Shown: piece after piece, positions 9,926-22,751 of the stretch
Layout of the letters: each line of letters begins with the position of its first letter
Position numbering within the stretch: position 1 is the first letter of the stretch
NCBI GenBank assembly: GCA_943372515.1
Contig: CALRYY010000012.1
Coordinates: 1,074-65,073, forward strand
Direction: 5' to 3'
DNA length: 64,000 nt
Origin: Ramlibacter sp. 2FC
Lineage (GTDB): Bacteria; Pseudomonadota; Gammaproteobacteria; Burkholderiales; Burkholderiaceae_C
The notes under the pieces: generated by a model
The model's database searches: none
The model's input: only the letters and a program-made list of their open reading frames with translations
What the model was told of the DNA's origin: nothing
Program-made: the position numbers and the translations under genes

Positions 9926-10438
9926 TCAGTGCCGGCCGCGCCGCTTCCAGGCGATGCGCACGCGCCAGCCCAGCTTGACGCCAAAGTAGCCGCCCACGGC
10001 GCCCACAACGGAAAAAATGCCCATGCCCAGCATTGCGGGCCAGCCGATGGACACCAGCAGCTGCACCAGGGGCATGTCGTCACCCTGATTTACGGGGGGA
10101 GGTGCATCAATGATGCGGCTGCCTACCAGGTAGGCAGCCCACAGCCAGAAGCCCGTCGTCAAGGGGTTGGTGATCAGCGTCAGGCCTGCGGCAATGGGAA
10201 TGTTGCCGCGCCACCAGACGCAATGTGCAGCGGACACGATGATTTGTGGGCACGGCAGGAAAAACGCCCAGAACAGGCCGATGGCCACTCCACGTGCCAC
10301 GGCCTCATGGTGGGTGCGCCACAGCGCGGGGGCCAGCACGCGCCTTGCGATACGACGCAACAACGGATGGCCCGCCAGCTCTTCTCGTGCTGGTACGGTG
10401 ATGCGCAGCCTGCGCGCCAGGCGCTGCAGGCGCGTCAC
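9926..10438 (-). CDS. DUF2062-like membrane protein
   Basis: The core RGVAIGLFWAFFLPCPQIIVSAAHCVWWRGNIPIAAGLTLITNPLT resembles DUF2062. The N-terminus of the ORF-track call overlaps the upstream gene, so I trimmed it to GTG at 10438. Confidence 0.55.
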   Translation of the reverse strand: MTRLQRLARRLRITVPAREELAGHPLLRRIARRVLAPALWRTHHEAVARGVAIGLFWAFFLPCPQIIVSAAHCVWWRGNIPIAAGLTLITNPLTTGFWLWAAYLVGSRIIDAPPPVNQGDDMPLVQLLVSIGWPAMLGMGIFSVVGAVGGYFGVKLGWRVRIAWKRRGRH

Positions 10439-10451
10439 CGCGGGGCCTCGT

Positions 10452-10898
10452 TCATTTGACCAGCAGCACGGCCGCGATGGCGATCCAGCCAAGCCCCAGG
10501 TTGATTTTGGCCAGCAGCACCACCTGGCCGATACGACGCGCGCCTTCGGGCCAGTTGCCGGCGGCCACCGCCAGCTTGAGCCGGCGAAATGGCGCGAAAT
10601 AGATGTGCGCAAAGACGGCGACCATTACCAGGCCAATGCCCAGCATCAGGTGCCAGCCCAGGGGTGCAGCCTTCATGCCCACAGAGGCCAGCATGGGAAA
10701 GCCGGTGGCCAGCAGCACGGCAATGCTGACCCACACCACCACGAAAAACCGCCCCAGTACCGCGACCATCAGTGGCAGTCGCACCGGCGGTTCCAGGCTC
10801 GCATGAACCGGCGGGCGTAGCGCGAGCATGATGAAGGCCATGCCACCAACCCAGAAAATGGCTGCGGCGAGGTGAAAGAACTTGATCAGGGCGTACAT
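10452..10898 (-). CDS. CopD-like integral membrane protein (family uncertain)
   Basis: Four hydrophobic helices beginning MYALIKFFHLAAAIFWVGGMAF. Start trimmed to 10898. Confidence 0.5.
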   Translation of the reverse strand: MYALIKFFHLAAAIFWVGGMAFIMLALRPPVHASLEPPVRLPLMVAVLGRFFVVVWVSIAVLLATGFPMLASVGMKAAPLGWHLMLGIGLVMVAVFAHIYFAPFRRLKLAVAAGNWPEGARRIGQVVLLAKINLGLGWIAIAAVLLVK

Positions 10899-11029
10899 AT
10901 AGTGGAGGTGCGGCGAGCCAGCCGGTAAAGGGATTGTCCGGCGATTGTGACTTGCACGCAAAACACCTTTGCGTGCACGCCTTACCCGACAAGCCGACTG
11001 GAAATGGCGGAACGCTGCGGGTTTTTACT

Positions 11030-11035
11030 TATAAT
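11030..11035 (+). promoter_or_regulatory. possible -10 box for the atp operon
   Basis: A perfect TATAAT lies 48 nt upstream of the atpI ATG, in the only sizeable spacer ahead of the operon. No convincing -35 element. Confidence 0.3.
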
Positions 11036-11082
11036 CAATGGCTTTGCTGAATTCCAGGGCTGCAATCGGGGCGTCATTCAAA

Positions 11083-11577
11083 ATGAAAACAATCGCTCCG
11101 TACCCTGAAACAAATGAGGATGAACCCGAAGCGTTCAAGCCGCTGACCGCCGAACAGGCGCGCCAGCTGCGCGAACAGAACCCATCAACTTCCCCTTGGT
11201 GGGTGGTGGCGGGGCAGGTTGGGGTGGGTCTCGTGGTGGCGTTAGCCACATGGGGCATCACCGGGAGGCAAGAAGCAGGTTGGTCGGCCGCATACGGCGC
11301 ATTGGCAGTCATATTGCCTGCGGCGTTGTTTGCACGGGGGCTGACTGGGCGTTTTGCCTCGCTGAACCCCGGGACTGCGGTGCTTGGGTTCTTTTTGTGG
11401 GAAATGGTCAAGATAGCCTTGTCGGTGGCGATGATGATCGCCGCGCCAAGGCTGGTGAGTGCCCTGAGTTGGCCGGCATTGCTGGCGGGCCTGGTGCTCA
11501 CCATGAAGGTGTATTGGGTGGCGATGGCTTTTGCACCCAAGCGTACGAAACACGTGGCGAAACAAACAGACGAGTAA
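11083..11577 (+). CDS. atpI: ATP synthase protein I
   Basis: Small hydrophobic protein immediately upstream of atpB. Start trimmed to MKTIAPYPE. Confidence 0.7.
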   Translation: MKTIAPYPETNEDEPEAFKPLTAEQARQLREQNPSTSPWWVVAGQVGVGLVVALATWGITGRQEAGWSAAYGALAVILPAALFARGLTGRFASLNPGTAVLGFFLWEMVKIALSVAMMIAAPRLVSALSWPALLAGLVLTMKVYWVAMAFAPKRTKHVAKQTDE

Positions 11578-11581
11578 TCAG

Positions 11582-12430
11582 ATGGCTACTGGAACCGGAC
11601 CGACCGCAGGCGAGTACATCGTCCATCACCTGCAACACCTGCAGAACCAGACCCCCAAGGGCGTCGCTGATTTTTCCGTTTTCAACCTCGACTCGCTTTT
11701 CTTCTCCATCGTTCTGGGTGTGCTGGGCTGCTGGCTGCTGTGGCTGGCCGCGCGCAAGGCCACCGCAGGCGTGCCTGGCCGTTTCCAGGCCGCGGTTGAA
11801 ATCCTGGTCGAGATGGTCGACTCCCAGGCCAAGGGCATCGTGCACAACGCCGAAAGCCGCAAACTGGTCGCTCCGCTGGCGCTGGTGGTGTTTGTCTGGA
11901 TCTTCCTGATGAATGCCATGGACTTGCTGCCGGTGGACCTGCTGCCTGCGATCTGGCACAGCGCCGGGCCGGCCCTGGGCATGAAAGACTACATGCGCGT
12001 CGTGCCCACGGCCGACCTGTCGGTCACCATGGGCCTGTCGGTCGGCGTGCTGCTGGTCTGCATCTTCTACAACATCAAGGTCAAGGGTGCGGGCGGCTGG
12101 ATGCACGAGCTGTTCACTGCCCCCTTTGGCGCGCACCCGCTGCTGTGGCCGTTCAACTTCCTGATGCAGATCATTGAATTCGTCGCCAAGACCGTGTCCC
12201 ACGGCATGCGGTTGTTCGGCAACATGTATGCAGGCGAACTGATCTTCATGCTGATCGCGTTGCTGGGCGGCGCCTGGACGCTGTCGGCCACGGGCATCAG
12301 CCTGGCGGTACTTCACATCATTGCCGGCACGGCGTGGGCGATTTTCCACATCCTGATCATCACGCTGCAGGCCTTTGTGTTCATGATGCTGACGCTGGTG
12401 TACATCGGCCAGGCACACGACGCGCATTGA
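11582..12430 (+). CDS. atpB: F0 subunit a
   Basis: C-terminal [13 protein letters not shown] motif. Operon position fits. Confidence 0.95.
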   Translation: MATGTGPTAGEYIVHHLQHLQNQTPKGVADFSVFNLDSLFFSIVLGVLGCWLLWLAARKATAGVPGRFQAAVEILVEMVDSQAKGIVHNAESRKLVAPLALVVFVWIFLMNAMDLLPVDLLPAIWHSAGPALGMKDYMRVVPTADLSVTMGLSVGVLLVCIFYNIKVKGAGGWMHELFTAPFGAHPLLWPFNFLMQIIEFVAKTVSHGMRLFGNMYAGELIFMLIALLGGAWTLSATGISLAVLHIIAGTAWAIFHILIITLQAFVFMMLTLVYIGQAHDAH

Positions 12431-12438
12431 TCCCCGGG

Positions 12439-12470
12439 TTTCCCTTCGTTTTCCCTTTTCTTTTCTCGTT
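12439..12470 (+). promoter_or_regulatory. pyrimidine (U/C)-rich tract upstream of the atpE Shine-Dalgarno
   Basis: TTTCCCTTCGTTTTCCCTTTTCTTTTCTCGTT is followed by AGGAG (12484..12488) and the ATG at 12494. This composition is very atypical for the window. Confidence 0.5.
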
Positions 12471-12472
12471 AA

Positions 12473-12757
<285 letters not shown>

Positions 12758-12787
12758 ATCATCCATGAACCGCTTGAGTCTCCGCGT

Positions 12788-12868
12788 GAACGCCGCGGAT
12801 CCGGCTTTGCCGGGCTGCTGGCGTTGCCCCCTGATGGGGGAGCGGCGCAGCCGCAACGGGGGCGGGGG
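12788..12868. repeat. copy B of the approx 80-nt triple-hairpin repeat
   Basis: GAACGCCGCGGATCCGGCTTTGCCGGGCTGCTGGCGTTGCCCCCTGATGGGGGAGCGGCGCAGCCGCAACGGGGGCGGGGG. Same orientation as copy A. It lies between atpE and atpF and ends 6 nt before the atpF ATG. Confidence 0.75.
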
Positions 12869-12874
12869 AATTAA

Positions 12875-13345
12875 ATGAGCATCACCGGTACCCTGATCAT
12901 TCAGATGATCGTGTTCCTGATCCTGGTCGGGTTCACGATGAAATTCGTCTGGCCTCCCATCGCCACGGCGCTCGACGAGCGTGCCGAAAAGATCAGGGAA
13001 GGCCTCGCTGCCGCCGACAAGGCCAAGTCTGAACTGTCCGCTGCCAACGCACGGGTGGAAGAAGAGCTTGCCAAATCGCGCAACGAGACGGCCGCGCGCC
13101 TGGCAGATGCCGAGCGCCGTGCCCAGACCATCATCGAGGAAGCCAAGGCCCGTGCCACGGAAGAGGGCAACAAGATCGTTGCCGCCGCCCGTGTCGAAGC
13201 CGAGCAGCAGACCGTGAAGGCCCGCGAAACCCTGCGTGAGCAGGTTGCCGCACTGGCCGTCAAGGGCGCTGAGCAGATCCTGCGCAAGGAAGTCAACGCT
13301 GGCGTCCATGCAGATCTGCTGGCCCGCCTGAAGACCGAGCTGTAA
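12875..13345 (+). CDS. atpF: F0 subunit b
   Basis: 156 aa with an N-terminal TM helix and then a long charged helix. Operon position fits. Confidence 0.95.
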   Translation: MSITGTLIIQMIVFLILVGFTMKFVWPPIATALDERAEKIREGLAAADKAKSELSAANARVEEELAKSRNETAARLADAERRAQTIIEEAKARATEEGNKIVAAARVEAEQQTVKARETLREQVAALAVKGAEQILRKEVNAGVHADLLARLKTEL

Positions 13346-13354
13346 GAGGACACC

Positions 13355-13885
13355 ATGGCCGAAATCGCCACCATCGCCCGCCCCTACGCCGAGGCCCTGT
13401 TCCAGTCGGCCAAGGCCGACCTCGGTGCCGCTGCTGCCTGGCTGGAGCCGCTTGCGGCTGTTGCCGGCAATGCCCAGCTGCAGCAGTTTGCCGGTAACCC
13501 CAAGGTCACCGACCAGCAGGTGTTTGACGTGATCGCCGGCGTGTCCAAGACGGCCCTGCCCGAGACCGGCAAGAACTTCCTGCGCACCGTCATTGAAAAC
13601 GGTCGCCTGGACGCCTTGCCCGAAATCGCCGCCCAGTTCCGCGCGCTCAAGAACGCGCAGGGCGGGTCGTCCGATGCCATGGTCTATAGCGCGTTCCCGA
13701 TCGACGCGGCGGCTCTGGCCGGCCTGTCGGCCGTGCTCGAAAAGCGCTTTGGCCGCAAGCTGAACGTCAAGGTCGAGCAGGACGCCGAGCTGATTGGTGG
13801 CATTCGCGTGGTGGTGGGTGACGAGGTGCTGGACACCTCGGTCAAGGCCCGCCTGCAACAAATGAAAACGGCGCTGACCGCTTGA
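13355..13885 (+). CDS. atpH: F1 subunit delta
   Basis: 176 aa beginning [10 protein letters not shown]. Operon position fits. Confidence 0.9.
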   Translation: MAEIATIARPYAEALFQSAKADLGAAAAWLEPLAAVAGNAQLQQFAGNPKVTDQQVFDVIAGVSKTALPETGKNFLRTVIENGRLDALPEIAAQFRALKNAQGGSSDAMVYSAFPIDAAALAGLSAVLEKRFGRKLNVKVEQDAELIGGIRVVVGDEVLDTSVKARLQQMKTALTA

Positions 13886-13921
13886 CGCGGACCAGCTAAC
13901 TAAAGAAAGAAGGAAAGAGTC

Positions 13922-15535
<1,614 letters not shown>

Positions 15536-15562
15536 CTTTCTCTGATCGAATAGGAGCCGACC

Positions 15563-16441
15563 GTGGCTGCAGGAAAAGAGATACGAGGCAAGATCAAATC
15601 GGTGGAGAACACCAAGAAGATCACCAAGGCCATGGAAATGGTGGCCGCCTCCAAGATGCGCAAGGCGCAGGAGCGGATGCGATCGGCCCGTCCTTACGCC
15701 GAGAAAATCCGCAACATTGCGGCCAACCTCGGCAAGGCCAACCCGGAGTACACCCACCCGTTCATGAAGACGAACGAGGCGAAGGCTGCGGGCTTCATCG
15801 TGGTGACGACGGACAAGGGCCTGTGCGGCGGCATGAACACCAACGTGCTGCGACTGGTGACGTCCCAGTTGCGCGAGTTGCAGTCTTCGGGCGTTGCATC
15901 CTCTGCGGTGGCCATCGGCAACAAGGGCCTGGGGTTTCTCAACCGCGTGGGCGCACGGGTCGTGTCCCATGTCACGCAGCTGGGCGACACGCCGCACCTG
16001 GACAAGCTGATCGGCCCCGTCAAGGTGCTGCTGGACGCTTATGCCAAGGGCGAAATCAACGCTGTCTATCTGGGCTACACCCGTTTCATCAACACGATGA
16101 AGCAGGAGCCGGTGGTCGAGCAGCTGCTGCCCTTGTCGGCCGCCAAGATGCAGGCCCAGGCGCAAGCCAGCGGCACCGAGCACGGCTGGGACTACATCTA
16201 CGAGCCGGACGCGCAGACCGTCATTGACGACCTGCTGCTGCGCTACGTCGAGGCCCTGATCTACCAGGCCGTGGCGGAAAACATGGCATCCGAGCAATCG
16301 GCGCGCATGGTGGCCATGAAGGCCGCCACCGACAACGCAGGCAGCGTGATCGGCGAACTGAAGCTGGTTTACAACAAGACGCGACAGGCCGCGATTACGA
16401 AAGAACTTTCGGAAATCGTCGCAGGCGCCGCCGCAGTTTAA
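15563..16441 (+). CDS. atpG: F1 subunit gamma
   Basis: GTG start. [30 protein letters not shown] and the C-terminal [14 protein letters not shown] are gamma signatures. Confidence 0.95.
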   Translation: MAAGKEIRGKIKSVENTKKITKAMEMVAASKMRKAQERMRSARPYAEKIRNIAANLGKANPEYTHPFMKTNEAKAAGFIVVTTDKGLCGGMNTNVLRLVTSQLRELQSSGVASSAVAIGNKGLGFLNRVGARVVSHVTQLGDTPHLDKLIGPVKVLLDAYAKGEINAVYLGYTRFINTMKQEPVVEQLLPLSAAKMQAQAQASGTEHGWDYIYEPDAQTVIDDLLLRYVEALIYQAVAENMASEQSARMVAMKAATDNAGSVIGELKLVYNKTRQAAITKELSEIVAGAAAV

Positions 16442-16448
16442 TTTTTAA

Positions 16449-17864
<1,416 letters not shown>

Positions 17865-17947
17865 CCACCCCCGAAGCGCCGCTGGCGCTTCCCCCTCAAG
17901 GGGGCAACACCAGCAGCCCGGCAAAGCCGGTTCTGCGGTGTTCCGCG
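17865..17947. repeat. copy C of the approx 80-nt triple-hairpin repeat
   Basis: CCACCCCCGAAGCGCCGCTGGCGCTTCCCCCTCAAGGGGGCAACACCAGCAGCCCGGCAAAGCCGGTTCTGCGGTGTTCCGCG. It starts on the base after the atpD TAA. Confidence 0.8.
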
Positions 17948-17973
17948 AAGAGGCACGGTTACTGGAGTTTTAG

Positions 17974-18390
17974 ATGAATACGATCCACGTTGATGTTGTC
18001 AGTGCCGAAGAGGCCATCTTCTCGGGTGAGGCCAAGTTTGTGGCCCTGCCTGGTGAAGCCGGCGAGCTCGGCATCTACCCGCGCCACACGCCGCTGATCA
18101 CGCGGATCCGGCCCGGCTCGGTGCGAATCGAGATGGCCGACGGCAGCGAGGAATTCGTCTTCGTGGCGGGCGGCATCCTGGAGGTGCAGCCCAACTGCGT
18201 GACGGTCCTGTCCGACACCGCGATCCGCGGCAAGGACCTGGACGACGAAAAGGCCAACGCCGCCAAGGCTGCCGCCGAAGAGGCGCTCAAGAATGCCAAA
18301 GGCGAACTCGACATCGCCCGCGCGCAGTCAGAGCTGGCCGTCATGGCCGCGCAGATCGCGGCTTTGCGCAAGTTCCGCCAGAAAAAATAA
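17974..18390 (+). CDS. atpC: F1 subunit epsilon
   Basis: 138 aa. Last gene of the operon, with typical epsilon sequence. Confidence 0.95.
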   Translation: MNTIHVDVVSAEEAIFSGEAKFVALPGEAGELGIYPRHTPLITRIRPGSVRIEMADGSEEFVFVAGGILEVQPNCVTVLSDTAIRGKDLDDEKANAAKAAAEEALKNAKGELDIARAQSELAVMAAQIAALRKFRQKK

Positions 18391-18400
18391 GCGGCTTCAG

Positions 18401-18449
18401 CCCCAAGCAGAAAGCCCCGAGTCGCAAGACCGGGGCTTTTTGCTTGGGG
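18401..18449. terminator. bidirectional rho-independent terminator between atpC and the convergent TPM gene
   Basis: Nested stems CCCCAAGCA/TGCTTGGGG and GCCCCG/CGGGGC. TTTTT follows on the plus strand and TTTCT on the minus strand. Confidence 0.65.
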
Positions 18450-18455
18450 CTGCGT

Positions 18456-18965
18456 CTAACCGATGGACGGTTCGTCGGGTAGTTCGTTGGGGTTGGCCTG
18501 GCCCTCGGCCAGCGGGAAGTGCGCCACCAGCAGGGCCGAGACTTCCTCCAGTGCCTGCGTCAGCCCGTCTTCAAAGCGCCGTTCGCGAAACGCCGTGCCC
18601 ATGCGCGCGATGATCGCTTTCCATTCGGCCGGGGGGACATGGCGGGTGATGCCGCGGTCGGCCACGATTTCAATCGCGTGCTCGGCCAGCAGCAGGTAGA
18701 CCAGCACGCCGTTGTTGTGCTCTGTGTCCCACACGCGCAGCTTGCCAAACATGGCCACGGCCCGCTCACGGGCCGTGGCGTTGCGCAACAGGTAGCTGGT
18801 GGGAAGGCCGGCCTCGACATAGATGCGGATCTCGCCGCTGTGGCGCTTTTCGCTGGCGGCCACGCGCTGGCGCAGGCGTTCCAGAAGATCAGGCGGTATG
18901 GCCTTGCGCGTGTCGGCCTCGTCCAGCCAGCGGTGTTTGAGGAAGCGTTGGATCATGCCCGCCAT
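18456..18965 (-). CDS. TPM-domain protein (soluble member of the LemA/TPM trio)
   Basis: HSGEIRIYVE...WDTEHNNGVLVYLLLAEHAIEIVADRGI resembles TPM/DUF477 phosphatase-like domains. Start trimmed to MAGMIQRF; TGATG overlaps the upstream stop. Confidence 0.7.
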   Translation of the reverse strand: MAGMIQRFLKHRWLDEADTRKAIPPDLLERLRQRVAASEKRHSGEIRIYVEAGLPTSYLLRNATARERAVAMFGKLRVWDTEHNNGVLVYLLLAEHAIEIVADRGITRHVPPAEWKAIIARMGTAFRERRFEDGLTQALEEVSALLVAHFPLAEGQANPNELPDEPSIG

Positions 18966-19861
18966 CACCAGTCCCCCGAGGCGCCGCCGCCCCCAAAATC
19001 GCCACCTCCGCCGGAGCTGAAGCCGCCGCCACCGGATCCGCTGCTCCAGCCACCGCCACTCCACCCACCACCACCGCTGCGGCGCGTGAACGCGCCGGGG
19101 TTGAAGCCCGCAAACAGGCCAACCAGCATCGCCACCAGCGCAGCGATGGCTGCAATCAACAGGCTGGAGGTAAGAAACAGCACAACCGCTCCCGTGCCCG
19201 CGCCGGTCAACAGCGCGCCCAGCTTGCGGCCAAAGATGCGGCGCACCACCGACGCGCCGGCGATCACCGCAAAAAACACAAAGACCGCCAAGTCTTCCCA
19301 GTCGAAGCCATTGGTATCAAAGCCTGCCTGTGGCCGCGTCGCGGGCGCGGGCAAGGCCTCGCCTTTGATCAGCGCCATGATGCGGTCCGCAGCCGCATCC
19401 AGCCCGCCAGCGAAGTCTGCGCGGCGAAAGGCGGGCGTGATGGCTTCGTCAATCACCTGCTTGGCCGCCAGGTCGGGGATGGCGCCTTCCAGTGTCTTGG
19501 CGACTTCGATGCGGACCTTGCGGTCGTTCTTGGCCACCACCACCAGCAGGCCGTCGCCCACGCTCTTGCGGCCGATCTTCCAGGTGTTGCCCACGCGGTT
19601 GGCGTAGCTGGCAATGTCTTCGGGCAGGGTGGTGCTCACCATGAGCACCACCACCTGGGAGCCACTGGATTTTTCAAACGCGTCCAGCTTGGCGTCCAGC
19701 GCCTGAAGCTGCGCGGCGTCCAGCGTACCGGTTTCATCCAGCACGTGCGCGGTCAGCGCGGGCACGGGTTGCAGGTCCTGCGCCCAGGCGGGCAGTCCCA
19801 GCGCGGCCAGCGCCAGCAGCAACGTGGCAAAACCACCCCGCAGGGCGCGTGTCAGCGGCAT
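18965..19861 (-). CDS. YgcG-like TPM-domain membrane protein with a Gly-rich tail
   Basis: Signal peptide MPLTRALRGGFATLLLALAALGLPAWA. TPM core (VLDETGTL...SGSQVVVLMV...GLLVVVAKNDRKVRIEV). Two TM segments. C-terminal tail GGGGWSGGGWSSGSGGGGFSSGGGGDFGGGGASGDW. Confidence 0.75.
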   Translation of the reverse strand: MPLTRALRGGFATLLLALAALGLPAWAQDLQPVPALTAHVLDETGTLDAAQLQALDAKLDAFEKSSGSQVVVLMVSTTLPEDIASYANRVGNTWKIGRKSVGDGLLVVVAKNDRKVRIEVAKTLEGAIPDLAAKQVIDEAITPAFRRADFAGGLDAAADRIMALIKGEALPAPATRPQAGFDTNGFDWEDLAVFVFFAVIAGASVVRRIFGRKLGALLTGAGTGAVVLFLTSSLLIAAIAALVAMLVGLFAGFNPGAFTRRSGGGGWSGGGWSSGSGGGGFSSGGGGDFGGGGASGDW

Positions 19862-19871
19862 CAGGGATGCC

Positions 19872-20459
19872 TTACTTCTTGTTGAAGTCCACCTGCGGTG
19901 GCGTGGAAATCTGCGCTTCGTTCTGTACAGCAAAGCTGGGTTTGGGCGAATAGCTGAACACCATGGCCGTCAGGTTGCTGGGAAAGCTGCGCGCCAGCAC
20001 GTTGTATTCCTGCACGGCCTGGATGTAGCGGTTGCGCGCCACGGTGATACGGTTCTCGGTGCCCTCCAGCTGCACGCGCAGGTCGCTGAAGCCCTTGTTG
20101 GCCTTCAGGTCAGGGTAGCGCTCCACCGTCACCATCAGGCGGCTGAGAGCGCTGCCCAGCTCGCCCTGGGCCTGCTGGAACTTGTTGAACGCCTCGGGGT
20201 TGTTCAGCGTCTCGGGTGTGACCTGAATGGAAGTGGCCTTGGCGCGCGCCTCGATCACCTTGGTCAGTGTTTCCTGCTCGAAGTTGGCTTCGCCCTTGAC
20301 AGTGTTGACGATGTTGGGGATCAGGTCGGCGCGGCGCTGGTACTGGTTGAGCACCTCGCTCCAGGCGGCCTTGGTCTGCTCATCCAGCCGCTGGAAGTCG
20401 TTGTAGCCGCAACCGGTCAGGGCCAGTGCAGAAATCAGGATCAGGAGCCAGCGTTTCAT
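19872..20459 (-). CDS. lemA: LemA family lipoprotein
   Basis: 195 aa. MKRWLLILISALALTGCGYN lipobox, then the LemA consensus (AAWSEVLNQYQRRADLIPNIV...ERYPDLKAN). The ORF-track call 19872..21353 is an N-terminal over-extension. Confidence 0.9.
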   Translation of the reverse strand: MKRWLLILISALALTGCGYNDFQRLDEQTKAAWSEVLNQYQRRADLIPNIVNTVKGEANFEQETLTKVIEARAKATSIQVTPETLNNPEAFNKFQQAQGELGSALSRLMVTVERYPDLKANKGFSDLRVQLEGTENRITVARNRYIQAVQEYNVLARSFPSNLTAMVFSYSPKPSFAVQNEAQISTPPQVDFNKK

Positions 20460-20504
20460 GGAGCGTTCCTCAAAGGGCAGGGGCTGTAAAGGTAGCATAG
20501 ATGG

Positions 20505-21284
20505 ATGTCCGTCACCCCGATTCAAGCCCTGCAGGCCGCCGCCCGGCCGCAACCCGCCGTGACTGGGGCCTCGGTGCTGCTGGTGGCGGGTGCCACGGGC
20601 ACGCTGGGCAACGAAGTGTTGCGCCGCCTGGCGGGCACGCAGCGCTTTGCGCGCACCCTGGTGCTGGCGCGCGAGCCGTTCACCGACGGCCTGCGGGGCG
20701 TCAGCATGCTGCTGGCGGGCGCCGCAGCGCCCGACCAGTGGCCAATGGCTGCGGCGCAGGCGGGCGTGATCATGTTTGACCCGCCGCGCCTGTTTCATGA
20801 CCGCGAGCGCGCGCTGTGGACACCGCTGCCGGCGGACCTGACCACCGTGGCGCGCTGGATGCGCCGGTGCGGTGTGTCCACACTGGCTGTCGTGCTGCCG
20901 CATGCACAGGGCCGACTGCCCGAGGCGCTCAAGCGAGGCCTGGCCGGCCTGGACGAGCAGGCCGTGGCAGCTCTGGGCTTTGAGCGCGTGATTTTTGTCC
21001 GGTCGGCGCAAAAGCCGGGGCAGCCGGCAGGCCTCAATTTCTTGCAGCGCACGGCGCGATGGATGCTGTCGGTCTTCCAGTACATGGTGCCCAGCAGCGA
21101 GCAGCCGGTGCGCGCCGTCAAGGTGGCTGAATTTGTGGACCTGGCGCTGCAACTGGCGCCACCCGGCATTCACGTGGCGGCGCCCGAGCTGGTGTGGCGT
21201 GCCGCACAGAAGGATTTGGCGGGTACCGTGCAACATTGGCTGGGCACAGCGCCGTTGCAAAATCAGCGACCAGACCCGCAGTAG
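20505..21284 (+). CDS. NAD(P)-binding Rossmann-fold protein (atypical SDR-like)
   Basis: The VLLVAGATGTLGNEVLRRL glycine-rich dinucleotide motif is the only clear signature. Confidence 0.55.
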   Translation: MSVTPIQALQAAARPQPAVTGASVLLVAGATGTLGNEVLRRLAGTQRFARTLVLAREPFTDGLRGVSMLLAGAAAPDQWPMAAAQAGVIMFDPPRLFHDRERALWTPLPADLTTVARWMRRCGVSTLAVVLPHAQGRLPEALKRGLAGLDEQAVAALGFERVIFVRSAQKPGQPAGLNFLQRTARWMLSVFQYMVPSSEQPVRAVKVAEFVDLALQLAPPGIHVAAPELVWRAAQKDLAGTVQHWLGTAPLQNQRPDPQ

Positions 21285-21300
21285 CAAACACGGTTGGACC

Positions 21301-21750
21301 ATGCCCAAAACCAGACACCAGGCCGCCAACGTGGGCCAAACCGCAGACGACATCGAAGCCGCGCTTTATGAAGCGCTGCAGACCGGTGACATCGAAAAGC
21401 TCATGGCCTGCTGGGCCGACGAGGATGAAATCGTCTGTGTGCACCCCGGCGGGCCGCGCGTGGTGGGGGCGGTAGCGATCCGCGCCACGTTTGACGCCAT
21501 GTTCAGCAACGGCCCGATCAGCGCCGTGCCCGAGCGCGTGCGCAAGGTCGAATCATTGGCCAGCGCCGTACACAGCGTGCTGGAACGCATCGACGTCATG
21601 ACCCCCGAAGGCCCGCGCCAGGCCTGGGTGATTGCGACCAACGTGTATCACAAGACCCCGCAGGGCTGGCGCCTGGTGGTGCACCATGCCAGCCCAGGCA
21701 CGCCCAGCGAGCTGCAGGAAGTGGGCGACGCACCACAGGTGCTTCATTGA
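21301..21750 (+). CDS. SnoaL-like / NTF2-fold (DUF4440-like) protein
   Basis: 149 aa. IEAALYEALQTGDIEKLMACWADEDEIVCVHPGG...NVYHKTPQGWRLVVHHASP is typical of NTF2-like small proteins. Start trimmed to the ATG at 21301. Confidence 0.55.
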   Translation: MPKTRHQAANVGQTADDIEAALYEALQTGDIEKLMACWADEDEIVCVHPGGPRVVGAVAIRATFDAMFSNGPISAVPERVRKVESLASAVHSVLERIDVMTPEGPRQAWVIATNVYHKTPQGWRLVVHHASPGTPSELQEVGDAPQVLH

Positions 21751-22742
21751 CTGCAGGTGCTGCATTGAACTACACCGCGCCCTGGTGGCTGCCTGGCGGC
21801 AACCTGCAGACCATCTGGCCCGCGTTGTATGCGCGCCGGGTGTTCGGCCCCGCGCCGCAGTATCGGCGCGAGCGCTGGGCCACGCCGGATGGTGACTTCA
21901 TCGACGTGGACTTTCTTGCGACCGGGACCGTGCCCGCACAACCGCTGCTGGTGCTGTTCCATGGGCTGGAAGGCTCGTCGCGCAGCCACTATGCCGAGGC
22001 CTTTGCCGACTTTGCGCGCGAGCGGGGCTGGGCCTATGCCGTGCCCCATTTTCGCGGCTGCAGCGGCGAGCTCAACCTGGGCCCGCGCGCCTACCATTCA
22101 GGCGACTTTGAAGAAATCGGCTGGGTGCTGCAGCGCCTGGCAGCCGCGCATGCGGGCCCGGTGCTGGCGGTCGGAGTCTCCCTGGGCGGCAATGCCCTGA
22201 TGCGCTGGGCCGGTGAGATGGGTGGCGCGGCCGCCGGTGTCGTGGCCGGCGTGGCGTCGGTCAGCTCACCGATTGACCTGGCCGCAGGGGGCCGGGCGAT
22301 TGGGCAGGGCTTCAACCGGCTGGTCTACACCCGCATGTTCCTGCGCACCATGGTGCCCAAGGCCTTGCAAAAGCTGCAGCAGCACCCCGGCCTGTTCGAC
22401 CGTGACAGGCTGATGCGTGCGCGCGACCTCTATGAGTTTGACAACATCTTCACCGCGCCGCTGCACGGCTTTCGCGACACGGACGACTACTGGGCACGCG
22501 CGTCAGCCAAGCCGCACCTGCACCGCATCCGCGTGCCGGCACTGGTGGTCAATGCGCTGAACGACCCGTTTGTACCGGCGTCCAGCCTGCCGGCGGCGCA
22601 CGAGGTCGGCAGTCACGTGCTGCTGTGGCAGCCGGTGGGTGGCGGGCATGTGGGCTTTGCGCAGGGCCATTTGCCAGGCCATGTGCGGGCCATGCCGGAC
22701 GCCGTGGGCGCGTGGCTGGCGCAAGCGGCCAGTCAGGGTTAA
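21747..22742 (+). CDS. alpha/beta hydrolase, YheT-like
   Basis: GGNLQTIWPAL, LVLFHGLEGSSRSHYA and GVSLGGN (nucleophile elbow). The TTG start overlaps the upstream stop (TTGA). Confidence 0.75.
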   Translation: MTAGAALNYTAPWWLPGGNLQTIWPALYARRVFGPAPQYRRERWATPDGDFIDVDFLATGTVPAQPLLVLFHGLEGSSRSHYAEAFADFARERGWAYAVPHFRGCSGELNLGPRAYHSGDFEEIGWVLQRLAAAHAGPVLAVGVSLGGNALMRWAGEMGGAAAGVVAGVASVSSPIDLAAGGRAIGQGFNRLVYTRMFLRTMVPKALQKLQQHPGLFDRDRLMRARDLYEFDNIFTAPLHGFRDTDDYWARASAKPHLHRIRVPALVVNALNDPFVPASSLPAAHEVGSHVLLWQPVGGGHVGFAQGHLPGHVRAMPDAVGAWLAQAASQG

Positions 22743-22751
22743 GGGCGGGAG

